A DNA stretch of 64,000 nt, taken from the NCBI GenBank assembly GCA_951406725.2, contig OX597830.1, positions 16,492,001-16,556,000 on the forward strand. The letters run 5' to 3'. This document shows positions 13,581-28,367 of the stretch, piece by piece (the first letter of the stretch is position 1; each line of letters opens with the position of its first letter). The position numbers and the translations under genes are program-made. This stretch comes from Octopus vulgaris (lineage: Eukaryota). The notes beneath the pieces are model-generated. The model made no database searches. It was not told the DNA's origin and saw nothing but the letters and a program-made list of their open reading frames with translations.

Positions 13581-13870
13581 ATGATCACGTGACCGACCAG
13601 ACCATCAGATGTTGTTACACATCGCTGGTCACAATGCGTTTGCATTGTTTTAGCCTTAGAATGACGCCACCCCGCTGGCTAAGCGAGCAGGCCAACAGAA
13701 GAAAGAGTGGTGAAAGAGTACAGCAGGGATCACCACCCCCTGCCGGAGCCTCGTGGAGCTTTTAGGTGTTTTTGCTCAATAAACACACACGACGCCCAGT
13801 CTGGGAATCTAAACCGCGATCCTGCGACCGCGAGTCCACTGCCCTAACCACTAGGCCATTGTGCCTCCAC
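13581..13870 (-). mobile_element. SINE G with tail type 1
   Basis: Same head, different 3' half ending GGTCACGTGATCA. Confidence 0.85.
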
Positions 13871-16087
13871 ATATATACATACATACATACATACCTAAAC
13901 TACACACACCCATATATCTACTAATAGCTACTAATAGCTTCCTGCTTTTACGATACTTGAACAGGCATATTTATAAAATACACCATGTATCTTTTTACTG
14001 CTACTCTACCTCCCACCACCAAATACTACAGTCCACAACTGACAAAGTAAGCCCAGTGTCTGTTGAGACCTGAACTGACACTGTTGAGATCTCAATACAT
14101 TGAAAGCAATGTATTATCCTCATGAGTATTAATTCGAATTTAATAGAAATCCTTGAATTCAACAAATTTTAAAAACCATGTAGCTTATTCCAAAAGTATT
14201 TATATTCAATTATAAAATTTGATAATAACCTTGAAGATTAAAATAGCATTACAGAAATTCAAGAGAGAAATAAGAAAAATAAAATTAATGTCCTCTGTTT
14301 TTGATTTGAAATTTTTTTTTTAAACCAATTTTAGAAATTATTGAGCAAATGAAAAAATATTTAGCAAACATTATATAGTGAGATGACTTCTTTTTAAATA
14401 AAAATTATATACATTACATAATGAACAGAAAAACCATGTAATAAAAAATTCATGGCAAGAGGGAGAAGGGAGACAACTCTGAAATCTCAATCTGGCAACG
14501 TTTTTTAATGAATTCTGCTGTTCTTTTCCCTACTAATTTCATCCTTACAATGTCTGATATTATTTGCATTAAAAGTTTCCACAATTAATTTAGAATTTGG
14601 AACAGATATCATTTCACTCTTATAAGATGATATTTAATGCATTTTGGTAAATTGTGACAAAGTTGTGTGAACTTATCAAAATTATTATTAGCAGTTCACC
14701 AAATTTCATGCATTAAATTATTATTGTTATAATGAATATGAAATCATTTACTTTTTATATTTAATAATTAATACTTATAGTTTCAGGATGAGTAAGTACT
14801 GCCTACCTTGTCTATCAAATACAAACCACTGATGCATGTATAAATTTCGTGTTCATACATTTGATTGTATTTTCTTTCGGTTTCTTTATGTTATACAGTT
14901 ATATATTTATGTTATATATTGCTGGTTTCACTTCACAGGAAAAAATTTACATAACTAACTAGTGTAACAATTGTAAAATCGACTTTGTTGGCCAAACTAC
15001 TACTAACAGGATATGAAAGAAATCTAGCAAAAAAATTTTTAAATTGCATTGCAATGTCAGAATTTACTGTAAATTTTGTTGAAAACTTCTGCTTCAGCAA
15101 TCATGTTGTGATTATCATCATTATTTTGGCAAAATATCTCAATCTTGTTTAGTAGTTAGGCCAGGAAACATCTTTCATCTACATTAGAGATGATATATGT
15201 AAATGTTGAAGTACCCAGATGCAATAATTGCATGCAAATTCAAGATCTTTAAATGTTTTTCTTCCTGTCTATAGCTTTTAGAACCTATTTAACTCCCTGA
15301 AACACAGTGTACATAGGGATTATGAAGCTGATTTGAAGTTGATTCTCATTTCACCAATAGACAAGATATTGGTTTCAAATTTTGACACAAGGCCAGCAAT
15401 TTTAGGGGAAGGAGTATGTCAATTACATTGACCTAACTTTCAACTGGTACTTATTTTATGGACCCCAAAAGGATGAAATGCTGAGTCAACTTCAGGAATT
15501 TGAACTTGGAACATAAAGACAGACAAGATACTGCTAAGCATTTTTCCCGGTGTGCTAATGGTTCTGCCAGCTCACCACCGTACCAACAGAATGGATATTG
15601 GGTTCAATCCGTACTTCATCACTCTCTACTCTTTCTCCTAGCATAAAGTTTCCCCCCTCCCCTATCAAGGTTCCTAGTTTTACAAGCTGCATGGTAACCT
15701 CATTAGTGCTAGTGGCATAAAAGAAAGCAGCCAGTGCACCTGTAATATGGTTGACCTGATGAAGGGCATCCAGCTATAGAAACCATGCCAACACAAACTG
15801 GAATATGATGCTGTCTTTGGACCCATTGGATCTTGTCAAACCATCCAATCTATACCTACATGGAACGTGGACGTTAAACATGATTACCTTTAAGATGACC
15901 ACATACTTACACACAGAAAGAAAGAGATGCAAAAAGAGAAGCGCTGGCACTAGGAAGGGCATCCAACAGTAGAATACTGCTTCAATGGACCTCACTGATC
16001 CAACCCTTACCAGCAGAGAAGTGGACACCATCATGATGATGATGATGATGATGAATACAGTATTTTAAGAATAAAAGTGATCATAAC

Positions 16088-16441
16088 TTTTATCTTCCAC
16101 TTGTTTCAGTCATTAGACTGGCTACGCTGGGGCACTGCCCTGAAGAATTTTTAGCCAAATGAGTTGACCCTAGTACTTCTTTTAAGACTGGCACTTATTT
16201 TATCAGTCTCTTTTTCCAAACCACTAAGTTATGTGGATGTAAACACACTAACATCAGTTGTCAAGTGGTGGGACGGACACACACACACATGGTAGGCTTC
16301 TTTCAGTTTCCATCTACCAAATCTACCGACAAGGCTTTGGTCGGCCCAACACTATAGTAGAAGACACTTGCCCAAGGTGTCATGCAGCAGGACTGAACCC
16401 TGAACTGTGTGTCTGGGAAGCAAGTTTCTTACCACACAGCC
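16088..16441 (-). mobile_element. SINE A, diverged
   Basis: Similarity to other copies. Confidence 0.75.
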
Positions 16442-17658
16442 AAAAACTTTAGTCGATGAAAGTCGGTATGGTCAAGTAAGGAGGATATCTGAGAACCAGC
16501 TTTGGTCAGTGGTTCATATCTTGACATTGGCACAACACAGTGTCCCATGGCATGAAATCCACCAGACACAGGAAATACTATAAATGACACACAAATCTCA
16601 GTTTAAAGCTAATGTGTATGTCCTACCTATGTAGAGCAATGTAAAAGTGATACATAATTCATTGGCTTCTAGTGCTGTGTTTAATTCTTGTTCCAAGAAA
16701 AGTTACTTGCAACATTACATGGTCTTCTTTCAATCGACTTGACCAAAGTTAAGTATCAGGCCAATGAACAGCAATAACTGATAAAAGGACATGAAACACA
16801 AGGTCAGTGGACAGCAGAGATACACAGGAAAAAAATAGTTTAATCCTTTAGCATTCAAACCAGTCATATATCCAGCCTGAGTATTCTACCTCCTTTGGGT
16901 TCAAGCCAGCCAAATCCAGCTTCTTACACATAGCCTACAACATCATTCCTAAAGTAAAGAGCCACATCACGAAAATCTCACAGTTATGAGTTAATGCATT
17001 CAAAACCATCCAAACGTGGCCGTTGCTAGCGCCGCCCCGACTGGCCTCCGTGCTGGTGGCATGTAAAAAGCACCATCCGATCATGGCCATTGCCAGCCTC
17101 GCCTGGCCTCCATGCCGGTGGCACATAAAAAGCACCATCTGAGCGTGGCTGTCTGCCAGCCTCGTCTGGCACCTGTGCCGGTGGCACGTAAAAAAGCACC
17201 CACTACACTCACGGAGTGGTTGGCGTTAGGAAGGGCATTCCAGCCATAGAAACATTGCCAGATCAAACTGGGCCTGGTGCAGCCTTCTGGTTTCCCAGAC
17301 CCCAGTTGAACCGTCCAACCCATGCTAGCATGGAAAGCGGACACTAAACGATGATGAAAACAGTGTGAACAAATAAGCATTTCATTTGACAGAGAAATGT
17401 GAATGCTAAAGTATTCACAGTTAGCATTCACAGTATTCTGTCAGAAGTAATGCTTTTTTTCTTCACATTGTTTTGCATTAATCATGTACTATTGGACTTG
17501 AATTCAGTAGGAAGAAGTGCTGCTAAGCATTTTGTTCGACACACTGACAATTCCAACAGCTGCATTTTACTTGAAATTAAATAATAATAATAAAACAAAA
17601 GTCAAAAATTTCATAACAAATCACAAAGAGTGTTATCCTACAATTTAGTAATTCCTTA

Positions 17659-17994
<336 letters not shown>

Positions 17995-18149
17995 TTAAAA
18001 ATGGCTTCTTAATTAATGTAATTATAGAAACTGAACCAGAAAATTCATGCTGAGAAATTAATTCAATTACTTGAGAACTGTTAAATCATGTTTTTCCTTA
18101 AAAACTGAATATATTGTATGTAGAAGATGTACAGGAGCCATAAAGAGTA

Positions 18150-18510
18150 CAGATATTTGAGAAAGTCCCCAAGGCTCTCTGGTAGTAGCAGATAATCTTG
18201 GTTGCCTAGCTGAGCAAATTTAACAGTGGAGGTGGATGTACTGTTGAAACCAAAGGTTTCTCTCACTCCAATTGAAAAGGAAGAGTGTATGATCCATGTA
18301 TGCAAACTGTGATGCTACATGGTAGAGAGAGAGGAACCTTGAATGCAAAGGACGTGCAAAAACTAGAGGAACAAAGCTGGTATGCTACACTGGATGTGCA
18401 ATACCAGCGTGCATGTACAACAGAGCATTAGCACATCGAGAGAAATAAGAGGGATTAGATGGCATATGCAAGAGAGAACACTACTCATTTGGTTTTGTTA
18501 TGCAGATGGA
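18150..18510 (+). pseudogene. Decayed RTE LINE fragment
   Basis: KGRVYD.CMQTVMLHG...MLHWMCN remnants. Confidence 0.5.
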
Positions 18511-19477
18511 TGAGGCTGATCTCAAAATACTGAGCCTTACAAAGATGACAAAAGATCAAGATAAGAGCTGCATTGCTGTACTGAAGAGGACTCACAGTGC
18601 CACAACAAAACCCTCAAATGAAAGTGCCACATAAAAAGCATTGGTGATCATCATCATCATCGTCGTTTAACATCCGTTCTCCATGCTAGCATGGGTTGGA
18701 CGGTTCGACCGGGGATCTGGGAAGCCAGAAGGCTGCGCCAGGCCCAGTCTGATCTGGCAGTGTTTCTACGGCTGGATGCCCTTCCTAATGCCAACCACTC
18801 CGTGAGTGTAGTGGGTGCTTTTTATGTGCCACATGGTGATGGTGCCACATAAAAAGCTCCCAGTACACTCTGTAAAGTGGTTGATATTAAGAAGGGCATC
18901 CAACCGTAGAAACCAAACCAAATCAGACCATAGAACTTGGTGTGGCCCCTGGCCTTGACAGCGACTGTCAAACCATCCAACCCATGCCTGCATGGAAAAT
19001 GGATGTTATATATTGATGACAATGACATGGTATATAAAATAAAATCTTTCTTTTAATATAATATGAATTATGCAATAGGGGCTCTATGGTAAAAACTGAA
19101 TTAGTATAACATCCTTAATGCTGCTTCCATTGCATAATCCAGGGTTTATTTTGCTTGTGCAGTGCCTTGGAATACCAGTGTATACTTCAGACCAAGTTGA
19201 TTCAATTTCGTTTTGGAAGTGACATGAAACACGACACGAGTACATGACATCGAGAAGCCACAACCACGAAATACTGATCCGTCACTCTCACGGTCACTTC
19301 TGGGGCGATTTCATTTCACCTAGCTCTGAAGTGTATTATATTTCTTAGCACAATACATCTATAAAGTGATTTTCCTGGATAGTAACAGCAGCTTATGGCA
19401 TTTCAACTACACAAGCGCACACACACCTTAAATGTTACATTAATAAAGTCTTTATCTAATTCATTCATTTTTCATTC

Positions 19478-19872
19478 ATTTACTTGTTTCAGTCATTTGA
19501 CTGCGGCCATGCTGGGGCACCGCCTTTAGTCAAGGAAATCGACCGCAGGACTTATTCTTTGGAAGCCCAGTACTTATGCTATCAGTCTCTTTTGCCAAAC
19601 CGCTAAGTTACGGGGACGTAAACACACCAGCATCGGTTTTCAAGCGATGTTGGGGGAGAGGGGCAAACACAACACACAAACATACACATATATATATATA
19701 CATATATACGACGGGCTTCTTTCAGTTTCCCTCTACCAAATCCACTCACAAGGCTTTGGTCGGCCCGAGGCTATAGCAGAAGACACTTGCCCAAGGTGCC
19801 ACGCAGTGGGACTGAACCCGGAACCATGTGGTTCGTAAGCAAGTTACTTACCACACAGCCACTCCTACACCT
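19478..19872 (-). mobile_element. SINE A
   Basis: Full-length match. Confidence 0.85.
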
Positions 19873-20849
19873 ATATATATTTTTTTTTAGACTCTAAACA
19901 TATCCAACATCTTAGAGAGCAACACTGTACTGTATTCCTAGTAAAAACACTTCAACTCTTGCAATGTGAGTACACCTAACTGTAACCAAGAGAAACATTT
20001 TACTTATGTAAATAGCTGAAGTACAATGTAACAAGGAAGTAGCATTAGCTGGCTGTGTTGAGCTCAGTTTCTCTAGCAGAGGTTTATGAAATGAACTCAG
20101 GTGTCTCTCAATTACTAAACATCTTGAAAGTTAGGATAAGTCAGAGTACGCTGTGACAGTGTAGACATTAGATATAAACAGAAGTTGTTAGCAGCAACTT
20201 GTACTCCACTGGTTTATAGAATCATCATCATCATCATTTAGCGTCCGTTTTCCATGCTAGCATGGGTTGGACGGTTCAACTGGGGTCTGGGAAGCCAGAA
20301 GGCTGCATCAGGCCCAGTCTGATCTGGCAGTGTTTCTACGGCTGGATGCCCTTCCTAACGCCAACCACCCCTTGAGTTTAGTGGGTGCTTTTTACGTGCC
20401 ACCCGCACAGGTGCCAGACGGAGCTATACTAGTTTCAAATTTTGGCACAAGGCCAGCATTTTCAAGAGCGGGATTAGGTCAATTACATCGACTCCCAGTG
20501 CTGAAATGATACTTATTTTTATCAAGCCTGAAAGGATGAAAGGCAAAGTCAACCTCAGTGGAATTTGAACTGGGAACATAAAGATGGACAAAATGCTTAC
20601 TAAGCATTTTGCCCAGCATGCTAAGGATTCTGCCAGATTGCCATCTTACTGGTTTACGTAATATTGGAAGTAGAACACCACAGCCTTTATCACAGCTTTT
20701 AATTGGAAGCTAACTAATAAAACTCTGTTTTGTCTGCTTTCTTTTTTTTTTTTTTTTTGTTACCTGGTACCAGTAATTGGGCTGTGACCATGCAGGGACA
20801 CTGCTTTTTGAGGGTTTTAATTGATTATATCTTAATAATTTGTTTTATT

Positions 20850-20894
20850 TACTACTACTAATACTAATAATAATACTAATACTAATACTACTAC

Positions 20895-20931
<37 letters not shown>

Positions 20932-20932
20932 A
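20850..20932. repeat. (TAA)n/(TAC)n microsatellite
   Basis: Direct read. Confidence 0.9.
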
Positions 20933-21304
20933 CATGTGCCTTGTGTACCCTTATCAGACGGGTAGTCATGATGGGTATGCTGGGCTTCATATATTTTACC
21001 CCAGTGTCACTTTGATGGCATGAACTGCTCTCTCACTCAATAATAATAATAATCTTTTCTATTATAGGCACAGGCCTGAAATTTGTGGGAAGGGGATAGT
21101 TGATTACATCAACCCCAGTACTCAACCCCGAAGGGATGAAAGGTAAAGTTAACCTTGGCGGAATTTGAACTCAGAACATAGCGACAGGCAAAATACCACT
21201 AAGTATTTCATCCAGTGTGCTAACAATTCTGCCAACTCACCGCCTTCTTCTTCTTGGTGATAGTAGTAGTAGTAGTAGTAAAATTATTGTGTATAATTCC
21301 CAAA

Positions 21305-21625
21305 TGCATTACAACTTATCAAAGGTGCATGTGTAGTACATAGAATTATGCACAAATGTCAGGAAAGTGAACAGTGAATGAGACACGATATACTTGTGTG
21401 TGCATGCATATGGAGGGGAGGATGTCAGGTGTAGTGTTGGCAAATTTCAGGAAGCATGGAGGTTTTAAAAGATGCAATGTCTCAGCAGCTAGCAACTGAT
21501 GCAGGTAGTTTGTTCCATGCTTCAGCAGCTCTGAATGTGAAAAAATGTTTCTGAAAGTCATGGGAGCTATACTCTTTTCTGGATTTGTAAGCAAATCTGG
21601 ATGTGTGTTAGACACATGGAATTCA
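21305..21625 (-). mobile_element. CR1/L2-type LINE 3' fragment
   Basis: Minus-strand KHFFTFRAAEAWNKLPASV...IASFK, the typical CR1-group C-terminal FF..R....WN.LP motif. Confidence 0.7.
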
Positions 21626-21770
21626 ATTTACTGCTTATTTTATCATCCTCGTAAGATGCAAAGGCAACGAAAACATGAATATATAAAGGGACGTAATCAG
21701 AACATAACTAAATATCACATATTTCTGTTCCATGCATCAAGTCTAACACCCCATGGTCATAAATACATGT

Positions 21771-22565
21771 TTCTTTACAACCCACATGGGGCTAAACATA
21801 CACTTGCGTCGGAAATTAATTAGCACTTCTCAAATTTCTACATTTTCTTACATTTTCTTAATTTAATTAACTTATTATCAGGAACGAACTCGTTTTTAAT
21901 CAAAAATTTATTAAAACATATCCCAGCACACCACATAATTGTTATTAATCGTGAAATTTAGTCAATATCTTGTTGCTCCTCCTTTGGCAGCAATGACAGC
22001 TGCTACGCGGGTCAGCATGCTGTCTATGAGTGCCTGCAGGTACTGTGCATGGATGGCCCCTCATACAACAAGAAGTGCCCCAAACAGCTCGTGTCGGTTC
22101 CTGTATTGCTGCACATTCAAATCCCTACCCAATCGACTCCAGAGGTTCTCAATAGGGTTCAGGTCAGGTGACTGGCCAGCACGTACTCCTCGCCACCAAA
22201 GAGGTATCCCGTACTATCTCAACGTACTTTGCTGCGTTGATGTTGCCTTCGACGGCATAGAGCCGCCCAACACCACTGTAGCTGAACGCCCCTCACACCA
22301 TCAGACCACCCCCACCATGCTTCATGGTGAGCAAATCAAGGGTGCTAATTAATTTCTGACGGTAGTGTAGAGGGGACAAACACGGACAGACAAACGGATT
22401 AAGTCGATTACATCAACCCCAGTGCGTAACTGGTACTTAATTTATTGACCCCCAAAGGATGAAAGGCAAAGTCGACCTCGGCGGAATTTGAGCTCAGAAC
22501 GTAACGGCAGGCGAAATACAGCTACACATCTCGCCCGGTGTGCTAACGGTTCTGCCAGCTTGCCA
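21771..22565 (-). mobile_element. SINE C interrupted by the Tc1 element
   Basis: 20-bp TSD CCATGGTCATAAATACATGT at 21751-21770 and 22566-22585. Confidence 0.85.
21801..22367 (-). mobile_element. Internally deleted Tc1-family DNA transposon
   Basis: TA TSD (21799-21800, 22368-22369); 26-bp imperfect TIRs CACTTGCGTCGGAAATTAATTAGCAC. Minus-strand remnants KHGGGGLMV*GAFSYSGVGRL and QSPDLNPIENLW...SMLTRVAAVIAAKGGATRY*. Confidence 0.92.
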
Positions 22566-22830
22566 CCATGGTCATAAATACATGTACACGCACACCTGAT
22601 AGCTTCCATGCATTTTCTGTTTACCAACTTTCAGTCAAAATTCAATGGTCAATCTGTGGCTATTGCAGGAGATATAGCTCAAGGTACTGGACAGCAGAGT
22701 TGACCCAAAACTACTTGACTGCAAACACTCCACCCGTCATATACAACTGACATTAAAAAGGTTCACTTAAATCACACTCAACTGAGAAGGAAAAAAAGGA
22801 AAGAACAAATGCACCAAATTATGTTAATCA

Positions 22831-23256
<426 letters not shown>

Positions 23257-23669
23257 TCAAATACAGAAAAGCATTCTAATATTAAGTAACATTTTTAGAA
23301 TAATTTATTCTAATATTTATTCTAAATATTAAGTTCTTTTGATTTAAGAGGTCAATAAAAGCAATTTTCAAAAATTATTCCATCCTTTTTTTATTTTCCT
23401 TTCTGTTTTCTTTAACAGGAAAAATTATCTTCAGTTCAAAAAGAACATAATTTCCAAAAGACACTCAGATACAGAACTGTTAAAATAATTACTTGAATAA
23501 ACTAATGTTACACTCCAAATATTTTGAGGTTTGACCTATGAAAACTAAAATTTTAATATCGGTTTCTGGACAGAGATTTTATTTCAAAAGGTCAAAAATA
23601 AATATATATAATTAAATGAAAAAATAAAGCACAAATCAGGAGACTTACTTATTCCATACTGTCTATATC

Positions 23670-24084
23670 ACTCTCTTTCTCTCTTTTCTTTTATTTGTTT
23701 CAGTCATTTGACTGCGGCCATGCTGCAGCACCGCCTTTAATCGAGCAACTAGACCCAAGGACTTATTCTTTGTAAGCCCAGTACTTATTCTATCGGTCTC
23801 TTTTGCCGAACCGCTAAGTGACGGGGGACATAAACACGCCAGCATCGGTTGTCAAACAATGCTAGGGGGACAAACACAGACACACAAACACACACATATA
23901 TATATATATATACATATATACGACGGGCTTCTTTCAGTTTCCATCTACCAAATCTACTCACAAGGCATTGGTCGGCCCGGGGCTATAGTAGAAGACATTT
24001 GCCCAAGGTGCCACGCAGTGGGACTGAACCCTGAACCATGTGGTTGGTTAGCAAGCTACTTACCACACAGCCACTCCTGCGCCT
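23670..24084 (-). mobile_element. SINE A
   Basis: Full-length match. Confidence 0.87.
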
Positions 24085-24817
24085 AATATATTTTTTTAAA
24101 AAGTTACAAAACCAATAGCTTGCTTTCCCCTATATTTCTTTCTGATTTGAGCACAAAGCCAGCAATTTTGAAACGAGAGAACAAAGCAATGACATTGGCC
24201 CCCAGTATTTGACTGGTACTGCATTTTATCATCTCTGGAAGCATGAAAGGTAAAGTTGACATCAAAGAGATTTGAACTCTGAATGTAAAGAACTGGAACA
24301 AGGCCAGCAATTTTGGGGGAGGGGGTAAGTTTGTTTGCATCAACCCCAGTATTCAACTGGTACTTATTTTATCAAGTCTGAATGGATGAAAGGCAAAAAT
24401 CAACCACGGCAGAATTTGAACTGAGAACATGAAGACAGACGAAATGCCGTTAAGCATTTTGCCTGGTATGCTAATGAGTTTGCTGTCTTAATTGGCACTA
24501 ATATTGCAAAGCAATTTTGTCTGACACTGTAACAATTCTGTTAACTCACTGCTTTTCCCACTTCATTTGGTATTTACCAAAAGAGCAGCAGACATGGACA
24601 TATTATAAGGACAATCCCATAGGGGTTTACATAGAATTCTAAAAAAAAATATGGCATAAAATAGTATATGAAAGGAATGCAGTGAGAGTTTTTTGCTTTT
24701 AAATTAATTGTGGATTGTTCTTAAATATCTTTGAATTTAGCAGGAATTAAATTCAAATAGAACCTTGCAACACACCATACATTAAATGAAGAATTATCTC
24801 TATTTCTAGCACACAGA

Positions 24818-25125
24818 TATCACGTGATCACGTGACCGACCAGACCATCAGATGTTGCTACACATCGCTGGTCACAATGCGTTCGCATTGTTTTAGCCTT
24901 CGAATGACGCCACCCCGCTGGCTAAGCGAGCAGGCCAACGGGAGAAAGAGGGGGAGAAAGAGTGGTGAAAGAGTACAGCAGGGATCACCACCCCCTGCCG
25001 GAGCCTCGTGGAGCTTTAAGGTGTTTTCGCTCAATAAACACAAACAACGCCCGGTCTGGGAATCGAAACCGCGATCCTACAACCGCGAGTTCGCTGCCCT
25101 AACCACTAGGCCATTGCGCATCCAC
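24818..25125 (-). mobile_element. SINE G with tail type 1
   Basis: Flanked by AGCACACAGATAT direct repeats. Confidence 0.85.
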
Positions 25126-25765
25126 AGCACACAGATATAGCATTTGTATTTCTAACTTCTGGATTTTTCTTTCCCCACTAATTTCCAGTTCCAGACTTTA
25201 GAAGTAAAAAAAAAAAAAAACAGTTTTAGAGAAGAAACATAAAGTGTAAATGTCTGAGATGAATTATAATCAATAAAATCATAAATTTTTTTGGTTCATT
25301 GACTTGATTTTCAACGATAAACTTTTGTGTATTTACATCAGTACTGTTTTAATCGGAGACCGAAGTAATCTAATAATAATTATAGGTATATGTAGTAAAA
25401 ACAAATTATGATCTAACGTTGATAGATTTAAAAGGCCAAACAATGCAAATAGATTTTAAGATGAGGTAACGTAACCTAAAAGTGAGTTACCTGGTAATCT
25501 TTCTCTCTCTTCTTCTCTTTTGCGCCCTTTTAAAGCCTAGCCAGGCTCATGGGCCCGGTTTCCCGGTTTCTATGGCGCATGTGTTCCCCAGTCCATCGCA
25601 GCGTTACTCATTTTTGCCAGCTGAGTGAACTGGAGCAACGTGAAATGAAGAACACAACACATTGCCCGGTCCAGGAATCGAAACCACAATCTTACAATCA
25701 TGATGCTGACACCCTAACCACTAAGCTACGCGCCTCCACACCTGGTAATTTTTGGTTGTATATGT

Positions 25766-25805
25766 ACCCAATATTTCGGGACATACAAGTCCCTTCTTCA
25801 GGGTT
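25766..25805 (-). ncRNA. Minimal hammerhead-like fold (family H3)
   Basis: AACC-CUGAAGA-A-GGGAC(UUGUAU)GUCCC-GAAA-UAUU-GGGU. Perfect stem II, weak stem I. Confidence 0.55.
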
Positions 25806-26074
25806 GAAGAGGAACTGTCCTTGGAAAGGTGTTTTTTGTTGGAGATAAAATAATTCTATGATTATATTTGAATTTTCAAGCATTTCTCTTCTTCGTGAAT
25901 GTTAGTGATGTCAAATTATTAACTTATTTAGAAAAGAGGTAATTAAAATTGATTTGTGGAGCGATAAGTTAATTGACATCATTAACATTCACGAAGACGA
26001 GAAATGCTTCAACTATTATCATAGAATTATTTTATCTCCGACAAAAAACATCTTTCTAAGGACAATTCCTTTTT

Positions 26075-26117
26075 AACACTGAAGAAGGGACTTGAATATG
26101 CCCCGAAATATTGGATA
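26075..26117 (+). ncRNA. Degenerate hammerhead-like motif (family H3, opposite arm)
   Basis: CTGAAGA-A-GGGAC(TTGAATAT)GCCCC-GAAA-TATT-GG. Confidence 0.45.
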
Positions 26118-26814
26118 CATATACGACCAAAGATTACCAGGTAACTCACTTTTAATTACTTCATCTTAAAATCTGTTTGCATTGTTTGGCCTTTTAAATC
26201 TTTCAACGTTATATTCCATATACAATGCTTCAAGCAAACTATAAAACCATATTAAATTATCTCTAAAGATTAGGTTAACAGTACATAACAATCATGATCT
26301 TAAGAAACTGAGGTCTCTGCATAGAGGTGCCAATCTCTAAAATTAGAAGGACCCAGGAAGATGTGGGACAAAGTGGTGAAAAATTATCGTCAGATTTTGA
26401 ACCTTACAGTGATGATAAAGGATCAAGAGGATTAGTGGTTTGCTGTACTTGAGAAGGCTCATCCAGTCAAGTGAAATCAAGGCCAAAAAGGCATCTGGTT
26501 TATGTTCATGGCCCTGCACAGAATCTGTCTTTGTCAACCCTCTCCTGCACAACCCACCCTCCTAATGCCTCCCTCACCACCACCACCACCCAAGTTCATG
26601 GTCCTTCACACTCTCACAAACCTACCTGCACATAATGTACTCCTGCTGAGTCTCTCCCTCCACAACATATCTTCCACCAACCACACCTTCCATCTATTTG
26701 AGTCCACTCACAACACTCCCTCCCTTCAACCTCCCACAATCTCACAAACTTACTCATCCACTCGCCCTATCCAATCCTTGATTCCACTTCAATCATATAC
26801 ACCTCCCTTTAACC

Positions 26815-27388
26815 CGGTGGTTTTCAACCATTTTTCTGTCCGCAGATCCCTTTGATTCCTATTTAACTGGGGTGGACTCCCATAGCCATTTCATGCTTAT
26901 AATTAAATATTATTAGCAATTGCATAAAAAAAAAAGCATTCATCATCATCATCATCATCATCGTTTAACGTCCGCTTTCCATGCTAGCATGGGTTGGACG
27001 GTTCAACTGGGGTCTGGGAAGCCAGGGGCTGCACCAGGCTCCAGTCTGATCTGGCAGAGTTTCTACAGCTGGATGCCCTTCCTAACGCCAACCACTCCAC
27101 GAGTGTAGTGGGTGCTTTTTACGTGCCACCTGCACAGGTGCCAGGGGGGGTCAAGCATCGGCCACGATCGGTTGGAGCTTTTAACATCCCACCAGCACAG
27201 AAGCCAGCCAAGGCGGCGCTGGCAACGGCCACGTTTGGATGGTGCTTTTTATGTGCCACCGGCACTGGAGCCAGTCGAGGCGTTAAAATATTTTGTGTAT
27301 TGTAAAAGTATAATGAATTTATTGCACTTTAACAACAAAATCTTATATGAACCCCGAAGGGCCATATGGACCCCATTTGGAACCACTG
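26815..27388. mobile_element. hAT-like MITE interrupted by element B (26941-27282)
   Basis: CGGTGGTTTTCAACC...GGAACCACTG; imperfect 8-bp TSD CTTTAACC/CTTCAACT. Confidence 0.65.
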
Positions 27389-27596
27389 CTTCAACTTGAG
27401 TATACCCTCTTGTCATACCTTTTACCTCTCTCTCTTTCCTTCTGAAATAACCATGTATCTCCTTTTACTGCAAAGACACCCATTTCTGTCCCTCAGGTCA
27501 TACTAACTTCATCACCTGGAACCATCTCCCTCAATACCACTGCCCACTCAGTTGAGGAGTCTTGTCTTGTAAGTCATTTGGTGACTTTGTTGATGC

Positions 27597-27825
27597 TGGC
27601 GAGCTGGCAGAAACGTTAGCACGCCGGGCGAAATGTGTAGCCGTATTTCGTCTGCCGTTACGTTCTGAGTTCAAATTCCGCCGAGGGCGACTTTGCCTTT
27701 CATCCTTTCGGGGTCGATTAAATAAGTACCAGTAACGCACTGGGGTCGATATAATCAACTTAATCCATTTGTCTGTCCTTGTTTGTCCCCTCTGTGTTTA
27801 GCCCCTTATGGGTAGTAAAGAAATA
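27597..27825 (+). mobile_element. SINE C (tRNA-like head, Meta/MESC-like GCCTTTCATCCTTTCGGGGTCGAT block)
   Basis: 17-bp TSD GACTTTGTTGATGCTGG at 27583-27599 and 27826-27842. Other copies at ~4040-4220, 15368-15580, 20427-20645, 21050-21245, 24145-24485, 30301-30533, 50540-50660 and 62450-62800. Confidence 0.82.
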
Positions 27826-28367
27826 GACTTTGTTGATGCTGGTGTCACATAAAAAGCAGCCAACACACTCTGTAAAGCAATTAGCATTAGGAAGGACATC
27901 CAACCGTAGAAACTGCCAAAACAGACAGAAGGGTCTAGTGCGGTATTCTGACACGCCAGCTCCTCTCGAACTATCTGACCCATGCCAGCATGGAGAACAG
28001 ACATTAGACGATGATGATGATGATTATTCTTTTAAAGTTACTGCTATAAATTCTTAAATTTTGAACTTAAAAGCAACAATACATTATAACATGAAGCTTT
28101 GTGCACTGGTACTTAACAAAAGTTTGGTAAAAGCCAATGCATGGAACTTTCAGCTCTTGAGTCACTTCTGCTAAATAAATAACTCTCTGTCTGTCTGTCT
28201 GTATGTATGTACACAAACATTGAAAATTAGCCAGCTTTAAATCTATGACTTTGTAACTTACTCACTCCCAGGTCAGTACCATGAAGCAGACTTCTAATGA
28301 AAGATGTTCCAGCTATTACAATATTCTGTCTTACTTTTCAGAAAGTGTATCTGGAATTATATTACCT

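Larger units (their letters stand above)
25415..26211. mobile_element. Inverted pair of family H3, left arm interrupted by a SINE
   Basis: Left arm ~25415-25500 plus 25741-25928 is the diverged reverse complement of ~25963-26211. The SINE at ~25500-25740 duplicates ACCTGGTAAT. Confidence 0.7.

Noticed and set aside
21939-22352. 137-aa plus-strand ORF
   Set aside because: Antisense of the Tc1 transposase remnant.
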